Shown one piece after another: positions 8,579 to 16,117 of a stretch of 64,000 bases of DNA. Position 1 is the first letter of the stretch. Each line of letters begins with the position of its first letter. The DNA comes from an uncultured Gammaproteobacteria bacterium (GTDB lineage Bacteria > Patescibacteriota > Microgenomatia > Levybacterales > GWA1-39-11): the NCBI GenBank assembly GCA_964409875.1, contig CAYPEN010000002.1, positions 274,630-338,629 on the forward strand, given 5' to 3'. A program made the position numbers and the translations under genes. A model generated the notes under the pieces. The model worked only from the letters and a program-made list of their open reading frames with translations, ran no database searches and was not told where the DNA came from.

Positions 8579-8913
8579 GGTTCTTTAAAATACTTCTCTT
8601 CCTTAATGTTTGTAGGTCTAAAACCCGTGATTATGATATATTTGTCTTTCGTTTTTTGTACTACTACTTTAGTGTATCTCTTTATTCCTTCAATCTCAAA
8701 TTCGTAATAATAGTAACAAAATCTTTGACGGTTATCGTAGGCAGGATAAATGCAGAGCGGGTTGATTATAGCACTTTTCATCCGATCAAGAAAATTCGTT
8801 ATCAATAGTTCGGGATGAATACCCTTGTGTTTATCGTAGTTTTCTTTCGTAAATATATATCTTTTTCCATCGGAATCCTTAAAATCTAAGATAAGTTCAT
8901 CATCATTAATCAT
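8563..8913 (-). CDS. Putative DUF4258-like (RelE-fold) toxin
   Basis: The C-terminal YIIITGFRP resembles the DUF4258 signature (vITvYrP). It overlaps the downstream gene by 16 nt, giving a bicistronic pair. Confidence 0.4.
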   Translation of the reverse strand: MINDDELILDFKDSDGKRYIFTKENYDKHKGIHPELLITNFLDRMKSAIINPLCIYPAYDNRQRFCYYYYEFEIEGIKRYTKVVVQKTKDKYIIITGFRPTNIKEEKYFKEPCKRP

Positions 8914-9050
8914 TTTCCGAGTATATTCCCTCCATTTATTAGTGTCAAATTATATAATGTTTCAAACTCTCTCATGTGTATACTTCTCCTCATTTTTGCA
9001 CGTTATTTCAGGCGTAAATATTCTGATAGCTTCTGGTGATATAATCGTGA

Positions 9051-9683
9051 ATGTGGTTCCAACTTTCTGTAGAGATGTCCACACGTCTTAGATGTAACGG
9101 TAATTTACATTACCTATCTCCAAACAATATGCGTGGTGAAAGAGAGAAGACTCCAGATGTTGATACGGTCCTTGTAGAGGATACCGACCTGTTTTTTAAC
9201 CTTCTAACATTAGCTGATGATTTAGGAGTCGGCTTTAATCACCTAGCTCAAAACTTTATAAATGCAGCCTTATTAGTTAGAGAAATACATGCAGCAGAAA
9301 AGGAGTCTGTTGTGAAACGGACAAGTGACGGACTAACTGAAATTGACCCTTACGAATTATTGGTTCAAGCGATAACAAAACCAATTATTGATAACAAAAT
9401 AAAATATCGCAAAGATTACCAATTGGGGCCATTAACTTTCAGTCCGCCTATATATTTGCATAAGGGTGCAAAGATAATATCGCAAGCCAACTCTTTGGGG
9501 TCACAAAACCATTTGCAAGAATTAAGCTTAGAATTGGGCGTAGGGGTCGATTCCGTAATAGGAGGAATGTTGCATTGGGGATATGAACAGGCAAGAGAAG
9601 AGTTGGGTGGTGTATCAAGCTTAATGATAAAAAGAGATGAGACAAATAATATTATTCTTACCTTAATTCCAATTACTAAATAA
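9051..9683 (+). CDS. Hypothetical protein (island cargo; the true start may be the internal Met at about 9129)
   Basis: ORF-track entry with no recognisable motif. It ends 2 nt before the smpB stop (convergent). Confidence 0.4.
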   Translation: MWFQLSVEMSTRLRCNGNLHYLSPNNMRGEREKTPDVDTVLVEDTDLFFNLLTLADDLGVGFNHLAQNFINAALLVREIHAAEKESVVKRTSDGLTEIDPYELLVQAITKPIIDNKIKYRKDYQLGPLTFSPPIYLHKGAKIISQANSLGSQNHLQELSLELGVGVDSVIGGMLHWGYEQAREELGGVSSLMIKRDETNNIILTLIPITK

Positions 9684-9685
9684 TT

Positions 9686-10126
9686 CTAAATGAGATTTTT
9701 GAGCTCGCGTTCGCGATCCCGCTCAATTGCCTGCTGTTTTACATCTTTTCGCCTTTCGTAGTCTTTTTTTCCTTTTGCAAGTGCAACTTCCAATTTAAAA
9801 CGCCCATGTTTTTCATAAAGGGAGAGTGGGGCAAGGGTATATTTTCCGGTTTCAAGCTTGTTTTTGAGGCTCAGAAGCTCCTTTTTATGAAGCAAAAGGC
9901 GGCGGGTTCTGTCTTCCTGGTAATTTTCTACACGCGAGAATTTATAAGGGAAAATTTTGGCATTGATAATATATGCCTGCCTGGACATTATTTTCACATA
10001 TGAGCCCGAAAGGTCCGCATGGCCAAGACGTATGGCTTTTACCTCAGACCCCAAAAGTTCGATTCCTGCCTCGAATTTTTCTTCAATTTTGAATTTTTGC
10101 GGCGCGGTTTTATTGAAAATTTTCAT
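9686..10126 (-). CDS. smpB: SsrA-binding protein SmpB
   Basis: FEAGIELLGSEVKAIRLG...RRLLLHKKEL...GKYTLAPLSLY...KLEVALAKGKK match conserved SmpB blocks. Confidence 0.9.
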   Translation of the reverse strand: MKIFNKTAPQKFKIEEKFEAGIELLGSEVKAIRLGHADLSGSYVKIMSRQAYIINAKIFPYKFSRVENYQEDRTRRLLLHKKELLSLKNKLETGKYTLAPLSLYEKHGRFKLEVALAKGKKDYERRKDVKQQAIERDRERELKNLI

Positions 10127-10162
10127 AATGTAATTATAGCCTATTTATGTTTTAATCATTTT

Positions 10163-10876
10163 ATGTCCGAAAGCGAAGATAGCGAACTCCAAGGAAAAGA
10201 ACAACAAAAAAAGAGTATTGAGGATACTTTAAGATCAGTTGTTAATGAATATTTATCTTCTCAAGATATTCCATATGAAGAAAGACAAAAAAAATACCTT
10301 CAAGTAGTTAATTTATTTACAACAAAATATATAGAAGATGCGTTGCGGCGAAGTAAAGAGGAAATGGGCCTCTCTGGAGATGAATCTCAAGCTGAAATAG
10401 AGATTCAAGTGGATGATCGCATTCGTGAGCAAACAGGACTTGATGAGCTCATTTTTCGCGAAGAAGAGGGTGGAGCACGATACGCAAGCAGCAGTGTGCT
10501 GCTTCGTTATTTACCTTTATTTAGAGGTGAGGACTATTGTGCGACCTCAAATGGGGTATTGAGAAGGGTAGGATATGACTTTGCGATGTATCCTCAAAAA
10601 GAGAACAATATATCTATGTTTCCAATAATGTACCAACTGGCTGGTGAAGAGCTGGATGCATTCAGGCAAAAATACGATGAGGATAAGCATTTCAAAGAGG
10701 GAGTATTGAGAAGCGAAACAACTGAAGAGGCTGGAGAGAGATTTCGCGGACCCGGAGTTGAGTCAGCCATGGGCCTTATGACTCAGGCTGCTAAAATTGC
10801 CCATCATAAACGACCAGAATTATTTGGAAATTATCAACAGGAATTGCAACAAGTTTTAAATTCCAATGATTTATAA
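10163..10876 (+). CDS. Hypothetical acidic protein
   Basis: The ORF-track entry 10019..10876 overlaps smpB. The internal ATG at 10163 (MSESEDSE...) avoids the overlap. No motif recognised. Confidence 0.45.
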   Translation: MSESEDSELQGKEQQKKSIEDTLRSVVNEYLSSQDIPYEERQKKYLQVVNLFTTKYIEDALRRSKEEMGLSGDESQAEIEIQVDDRIREQTGLDELIFREEEGGARYASSSVLLRYLPLFRGEDYCATSNGVLRRVGYDFAMYPQKENNISMFPIMYQLAGEELDAFRQKYDEDKHFKEGVLRSETTEEAGERFRGPGVESAMGLMTQAAKIAHHKRPELFGNYQQELQQVLNSNDL

Positions 10877-11105
10877 ATATAAAAAAACTTTGAAGTTAAA
10901 TAGGGAGGAGAGTGTGGTAATAAAATTGACAAAACAGCCTCAAATGATATAGTTAGATACAGTTATGTGTGAAAAGTAGTGTGGATAACTTTTCACAGCC
11001 CTATAGTATAATTATATATCAGTAGGTTGCAGTTTTGAGGCTAGGTGGTAAGAAAACGAAAAATAATCGAAAGACTTTGGGGACTGCTAAAGACAAGACC
11101 CATTC

Positions 11106-12983
11106 TTACAGGTCAAAACTAAAAACTGTATTGCCTGATAACACAAATCCTTTTTTATTTTTCTCATCAATTGCAAAAGATGTTGAATTTTTTATAAAAC
11201 TCCCTTCGTATTGAGTTTGATACTCCCCCTTATCATTTAAGACCACTACCCTCTGATTTTTCACATCAAGAATATACACATTATTGTTATCAGAATCGGC
11301 GTATATTTTGGCCTCATCGGCAATGGGTCCTGCGAGGCCGGTTATGGCAATGTCATCATTCTTGCCTTTAGTGAACCGTTCAATAGTGCCACCAGCCTCA
11401 AGAACCCAAATTGGGCCGGAAATACTAATGTCGTACGGCGTGCTTTTGAAGCTGGGTTTGTCTGTAAAGTAAGAAACACCATCGTAGGAAGGAGCTTTGT
11501 ATTTGAGAACGTCATTATCCGCAAGTGTGTAAATATTGCTTCCGAAAATATCAAATGAAGTACCTTTTATGCTCTTTATGATGGTTTGAGTATTTCCGTT
11601 GCCCCTATCAATACTGACCACTCCCCCACCCATCGCATAGATGAACTTATCATCTGCACTTAAATAGGAGGCGTCTTCATTGATGTTGTAGGTTTTTTTA
11701 ATTTTTCCATCAAGAGTTATGGTTGCAACCTGTTTGCCGTCGTGGTCTAGAACAAGCAGTGTCCCTCCTTTGTTGATAATAGCAGTTATGCTTTTTAGTT
11801 TATCCCCTGTTTTTATAAATTCCTTTATATTTTTTGCACTGCTCCCTCCTCCATCATTTGATATTTTGCCTTCCACTTTTTGTTTGAGATCTGTCAATTT
11901 CTGGTATTCAGAGGATCCTTTTGGATATTTTGATAAAGCATCGTCAATCATTTTGGAGACGGCGGAAAAATCTTCAAGCGCAAGTGATTTGTTGAGATTT
12001 TCAAGATTTGTGCCTTCGTCAAATTTGCTTTGGATGGGGGAAAATACTTTCTGGAATTCGGCTTCCTTTTGAGCCTGCCCTTTTTGATACACTTGATAGA
12101 AGATGCTTCCTCCCAAAGCTACCACAAGTAGTGCCACCACCAATACAATTAGCATTTTTTTATTTGCAAAATTGACCTGAGGGATGGTTACAAAAGGAAA
12201 CGCAGGCTTATTCTCTTGTGGTGATTCGTAGCCCTCGTTGGTATCTGAAAGATCTTCAATATTTCTGTTTTCGCGGGGTGGCGTTGTCCACACATGCTCG
12301 GCGATATTTTTCTCCTCGTGCGCTTCTTCAGGCTCATCTTTTACTTCGAGCTCCTCTTCTTCCAAAACGAATTCATTGTGTTCGGAGTGTCCAATTCCGC
12401 TCAAATCTTTATATTGGAGGATGATCGCTCCTTCCGTGCCTTTTGAATTCTCGTGCACAAGAGGTGTTATGTTCTCGGCAATTTGGGAAACATCGGTACT
12501 GGTGAGGTATTCGGAGATGTTTTCCAGCGGTATTTTTTTGGAAAAATCACCTGTCTCAAAAACCACTATGTCATCATGCTGCAGCTTTCCTGAGAATCCA
12601 TGAAGTTCGTTTTCTACTCCATTTGCAATAACCCCAATTTTCCCTTGCCTTTTAATAATTACCTGTCCATTGGACGCGATGACAATATAAAGAACGTCGT
12701 TGACAATAGCGCCTACAAGTATAGAGTATGAGTACCCTTCATCAATGCCCTGCGAAACATTGCCAACTGCTTTTTTAATGTTTTCAAGCGATTTGTCATC
12801 GAGGGCAAAAAATTCCCTTTGTAATTTCTCAAGAAGCTCTTTGCCGTACGGCGTGACATTCCCCTTGCCACCCTCTTTTTCGATACTTAAGGTGATGTAT
12901 ACATTGAGAGTTGTGTAGGCTTGAGTCCATGTCGTATCGGTTGAATTAGGGACAATTTTTGAGAGTAAAATATCTTGGTTCAT
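11106..12983 (-). CDS. Membrane-anchored hypothetical protein with an N-terminal degenerate PP2C-like domain and a C-terminal repeat/beta-rich domain
   Basis: VIASNGQVIIKRQGKI and LQHDDIVVFETGDF resemble PP2C blocks (vanvGDSRavl, gDvlllcSDGl) but lack the DGHGG metal motif. A central hydrophobic helix (MLIVLVVALLVVALGG) is present. Confidence 0.35.
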   Translation of the reverse strand: MNQDILLSKIVPNSTDTTWTQAYTTLNVYITLSIEKEGGKGNVTPYGKELLEKLQREFFALDDKSLENIKKAVGNVSQGIDEGYSYSILVGAIVNDVLYIVIASNGQVIIKRQGKIGVIANGVENELHGFSGKLQHDDIVVFETGDFSKKIPLENISEYLTSTDVSQIAENITPLVHENSKGTEGAIILQYKDLSGIGHSEHNEFVLEEEELEVKDEPEEAHEEKNIAEHVWTTPPRENRNIEDLSDTNEGYESPQENKPAFPFVTIPQVNFANKKMLIVLVVALLVVALGGSIFYQVYQKGQAQKEAEFQKVFSPIQSKFDEGTNLENLNKSLALEDFSAVSKMIDDALSKYPKGSSEYQKLTDLKQKVEGKISNDGGGSSAKNIKEFIKTGDKLKSITAIINKGGTLLVLDHDGKQVATITLDGKIKKTYNINEDASYLSADDKFIYAMGGGVVSIDRGNGNTQTIIKSIKGTSFDIFGSNIYTLADNDVLKYKAPSYDGVSYFTDKPSFKSTPYDISISGPIWVLEAGGTIERFTKGKNDDIAITGLAGPIADEAKIYADSDNNNVYILDVKNQRVVVLNDKGEYQTQYEGSFIKNSTSFAIDEKNKKGFVLSGNTVFSFDL

Positions 12984-12988
12984 ATGAT

Positions 12989-13225
12989 TTACAATGATAA
13001 AACAACCAGTACCAATAGTATAAACGATACAATGGCATGAAGGATAGCGATAAAGCGGAATACCGGTGCAAATGTTACTTGCACCATGAGCCTATTGAAT
13101 GAGAAAACCTGGAATGCAAGCACCAACGCAAAAAGACTATAGATAATAAGAACTAAGAGTAACAGAATCTTTGCGAAAGAATCGGCAGAATTAACAAAAT
13201 GGAAAAAATTAAAAAGTACATTCAT
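12989..13225 (-). CDS. Small hydrophobic membrane protein
   Basis: 78 aa with two hydrophobic helices. It overlaps the upstream gene by 4 nt. Confidence 0.35.
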   Translation of the reverse strand: MNVLFNFFHFVNSADSFAKILLLLVLIIYSLFALVLAFQVFSFNRLMVQVTFAPVFRFIAILHAIVSFILLVLVVLSL

Positions 13226-13875
13226 ACTTGCCCCTCGGTGATGTCGTTTATGATTTCAGCAACTTTTGCTGGCCGCGGAACCCTATCGTATTCTATATTT
13301 TCCTCTTCCCCCGCAGTTTGCATGTGCACATCTCCATAATTAAAAAGAGAGCGGATAAATCCAGCTTGCCGATATGTAACATCTTCAATTTTTTCCATCT
13401 TTGCCTGGGAAATTTGGCGGTAGAGAATTCCTGAAAGGTCGATGTCAATAACGTGCAGATTGGTAACGAGGCCAACGTTGAAATACCACAGCGTAAAATT
13501 GATGAGGACAAATCCGAACACGACAATGTAATAAAAGGCGATATAGAATGTTATTGTTTGGGAAGACGGCAACGGAAAAGGGGAGAAATTGAGAAAAAAA
13601 GGAAATAATAGTGGCAGAAGAATTAGTAAGAAAGATGCGAAAATCCACGGAATGTTGGTAGCAAAATGGCGTCTGATAAGAAGAATAATGTTTTCGTTTG
13701 CTTCCTGCTCTTCAAAAGAGACACCTTCTGGAAAATGTGCAAATGAAGAATAGAAGTGGGGCTTTACTTTAAGATGGTCTCCGGTTTTTGATGTAATTTT
13801 TGCAGAGTTTTCGTGGAGCTGCTCATCCTCATTATCGTGGTTTAATATAAATTCGCCGTTGAGTTCGTTGTCCAT
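13222..13875 (-). CDS. Membrane protein with a bacterial PH (YdbS/YdbT-like) domain
   Basis: Two TM helices flank ...YRQAGFIRSLFNYGDVHMQTAG..., a pattern similar to DUF304/bPH_2. Confidence 0.4.
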   Translation of the reverse strand: MDNELNGEFILNHDNEDEQLHENSAKITSKTGDHLKVKPHFYSSFAHFPEGVSFEEQEANENIILLIRRHFATNIPWIFASFLLILLPLLFPFFLNFSPFPLPSSQTITFYIAFYYIVVFGFVLINFTLWYFNVGLVTNLHVIDIDLSGILYRQISQAKMEKIEDVTYRQAGFIRSLFNYGDVHMQTAGEEENIEYDRVPRPAKVAEIINDITEGQV

Positions 13876-13943
13876 AAATGGTAGCGTTTTTTGGCAGGAA
13901 AAGTAAAAAGTACTTCAATTATACCTCAAACCCAAATTGAGTG

Positions 13944-15725
13944 CTATTTTTTCTCTATGTTGTAAAGAGGACCTACAATCTGAATGTTGGCCGGGGCCCT
14001 TAAATTAAAGTAATTTTTAAAATCGGTTGCGTTAAAACTCTTTGACCCCGCGTCTCCATTAATGGTCACTTGCGTCGTTCTCCCCGAGCCGGTATCCCAC
14101 GAAACCGACACGTCGGACACTGAAGTAAACGCACCGATACCCCTGCTTTGCAATTCCTGCCTGACTCTTCCTGCATCCCATGTGTCGGTCCCGTCAGGAT
14201 TGGGTTTGTCGGGCTGGGACAAATGGGTTTGGGTTCCCGAGTCGGCTTTGGCAAGGAGCAGGACATTTGTGATGTCTGCTATTTCTTCTGACTTTAGCCA
14301 TGCGGTTCCACCATATTGACTGCGGGAGCCCCAGTCGCAATAAAACCATGGGGATGCTTTATCATACGCATTATTTTGAAGGTCGGAAAAGCTGCTAATG
14401 CTATCCGTTGAGGTATCTTTTCCGCTTTTAGTGTATGAGGTGCCGTTCCATCCTATATCGCTTGAGGAAAATACGTAGCCTCCATGAGTTGAGGAAAACC
14501 ATGCCTTGATGGGATTTCCACCTGATGTCATGACCCATCCGCGGGTAGCATCTACTGCTTGTTGCCACGCATCGGAATTTATCTCCTGCTTTACAACCTG
14601 GCATTGTTGACTGGGACAAATATTCCCTGACCCATTGTTGGTGTAAGCAAGTGCATAAGAGCGAGCGGCTATTGCCTGGGCCTTCAATGATTCATTTGGC
14701 CAGTTGGTTGGAATTTCATATACGTGTTTGACATATGTCTCAATATCCCAATTCGTGTCAAAACTCTGGCCATATTCATTGGTGCCAGACACGTGGATAT
14801 TGATTCCAGTGTTATAATCCTTTTTCAATTCATAGCTTTGATAATAGGCAGATAATATTTGCTCGGCACTCTGCCCTGCTTCTGCCCTTCCTTTGGCTCC
14901 GTACTGATTAAGCCCTACTCTATTAGGAACGCCGTAGGTAAAAAATCCGAAGCGGGGAGAAAACCCGGGGTCTTTACCATTGGTAAGGTCTGAAGAGCAA
15001 CCGCCGCCAATGCCCGCATAAGCAGACTGTGGGATATGCAGGCTTCCCAGTTTTTGTGCCAACAGTTCTTGCTGACGGGCAGAAAGAGCTGCAATTTGTC
15101 CTGTCAGCGTATTCTGATACGCAATTGCACCGTCTACTACCTTCTGTACCTCAGCGCGTTCTTTATCTAGTGATACTTTAGCTGTTGCAAGCCGTTGTGA
15201 AGACAGCTCAAGATCTGCTTTTTTTTGCTCCAAATCCACTAATTGAAGTGCGATATTGGTAATAATATTTTTGTCTTGTTCGGTGTTTCTTTTTTGGTAC
15301 GTGAGCATGCTGGTGATGTCAGAAATATTGTTGCCAGACAGAAATATAAGAAGGGGAGAAAAGGTGTATGTTTTGATGTATGATTTTTTGACTGTCGCGT
15401 CAAAAAGTTTTTGTTTGTCGGAAAGTTTTTTGTATCCTTCGTCAATATTCTTTTTCTTAACAATAAGATCTGCTTCTATTTGCGCAACCTGGTTGTCTAT
15501 TGCGGTTAGTTGGGACTTGAGATTTGTCAACTGAGATTGTAGGGGTTTTGTTGCGCTTTGAGATTGTGAGAGCGCATCCTTCAAGTCTGCAATTTTTTTT
15601 GTCAAATCATCGTATTCGTCAGAATATGCGATATTATGGATAAGACTGCCTGACAAAAGAAAAAAGATACCAACAAGCAGTGCAATTGTAGTAAGTCGAA
15701 TATTATTATAGTTAAAAAATTCCAT
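13944..15725 (-). CDS. SpoIID/LytB-domain protein with N-terminal TM and coiled coil
   Basis: RVGLNQYGAKGRAEAGQSAEQILSAYYQ matches the SpoIID/LytB amidase-enhancer signature. The N-terminal half is coiled-coil rich, as in PcsB-like proteins. Confidence 0.55.
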   Translation of the reverse strand: MEFFNYNNIRLTTIALLVGIFFLLSGSLIHNIAYSDEYDDLTKKIADLKDALSQSQSATKPLQSQLTNLKSQLTAIDNQVAQIEADLIVKKKNIDEGYKKLSDKQKLFDATVKKSYIKTYTFSPLLIFLSGNNISDITSMLTYQKRNTEQDKNIITNIALQLVDLEQKKADLELSSQRLATAKVSLDKERAEVQKVVDGAIAYQNTLTGQIAALSARQQELLAQKLGSLHIPQSAYAGIGGGCSSDLTNGKDPGFSPRFGFFTYGVPNRVGLNQYGAKGRAEAGQSAEQILSAYYQSYELKKDYNTGINIHVSGTNEYGQSFDTNWDIETYVKHVYEIPTNWPNESLKAQAIAARSYALAYTNNGSGNICPSQQCQVVKQEINSDAWQQAVDATRGWVMTSGGNPIKAWFSSTHGGYVFSSSDIGWNGTSYTKSGKDTSTDSISSFSDLQNNAYDKASPWFYCDWGSRSQYGGTAWLKSEEIADITNVLLLAKADSGTQTHLSQPDKPNPDGTDTWDAGRVRQELQSRGIGAFTSVSDVSVSWDTGSGRTTQVTINGDAGSKSFNATDFKNYFNLRAPANIQIVGPLYNIEKK

Positions 15726-15838
15726 AATGGAAAAATACGTTCAAAAACAATAACTCAAGTGATATAATGAGACCTCAAGACTTTAGATTTAGTCATGTGT
15801 TCGGCATGTAAGGGTAACCTTGCATACCCTCATAAATT

Positions 15839-15900
15839 TGGGCATGTAGCTCAGGGAATGCTCTTTTTGCTCAAGCAAAAAGTAGAGCGCATTCTTACGT
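15839..15900 (+). pseudogene. Degenerate 5'-half copy of tRNA-Ile with a roughly 27-nt hairpin insertion in the D-loop
   Basis: gggcatgtagctcaggg + aatgctctttttgctcaagcaaaaag + tagagcgcattctta matches the first 37 nt of the downstream tRNA but has no T-arm or acceptor 3' strand. Confidence 0.6.
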
Positions 15901-15951
15901 TAAAAAAAGACTTGAAAACCGCATACAGAACTTAAATTAGTTTATGTTATT

Positions 15952-16023
15952 CGGGCATGTAGCTCAGGGGTAGAGCGCCATTCTTATAAAATGGATGTCC
16001 TTGGTTCGATTCCAAGCATGCCC
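15952..16023 (+). tRNA. tRNA-Ile, anticodon TAT (UAU)
   Basis: A manual cloverleaf fold gives acceptor gggcatg/catgccc, D-stem gctc/gagc, anticodon stem ccatt/aatgg with loop cttataa, and T-stem cttgg/ccaag with loop ttcgatt. No CCA is encoded. Confidence 0.75.
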
Positions 16024-16071
16024 ACAAAAGCCCCACAGCCAACTTCATGATTGTCTTTTTTTAACGAGCTA

Positions 16072-16110
16072 AAAATGGATGTCTTGGGTATCGATTCCAA
16101 GGATGCCCAC
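16072..16110 (+). repeat. Degenerate direct copy of the tRNA-Ile 3' half (anticodon-stem 3' strand through acceptor)
   Basis: aaaatggatgtcttgggtatcgattccaaggatgcccac matches aaaatggatgtccttggttcgattccaagcatgcccac of the tRNA 47 nt upstream. It abuts the stop of the T4CP-like gene. Confidence 0.65.
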
Positions 16111-16117
16111 CGACAAA

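Larger units (their letters stand above)
4040..9685. mobile_element. Integrated element (genomic island or satellite prophage-like) inserted at the 3' end of ssrA, separating ssrA from smpB
   Basis: The large serine recombinase gene overlaps the tmRNA 3' end by about 60 nt. The region is conspicuously more AT-rich than its flanks. Its cargo genes have no housekeeping motifs. ssrA and smpB are usually adjacent, and smpB lies immediately beyond the far end. Confidence 0.55.

Noticed and set aside
10019-10162. The 5' extension of ORF 10019..10876
   Set aside because: The extension overlaps the smpB coding region on the opposite strand. The internal ATG at 10163 gives a non-overlapping gene.
15839-15900. 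Possible intron-containing second tRNA-Ile gene
   Set aside because: The insert lies in the D-loop rather than the anticodon loop, and there is no T-arm or 3' acceptor strand. It is treated as a pseudo or fragment copy.
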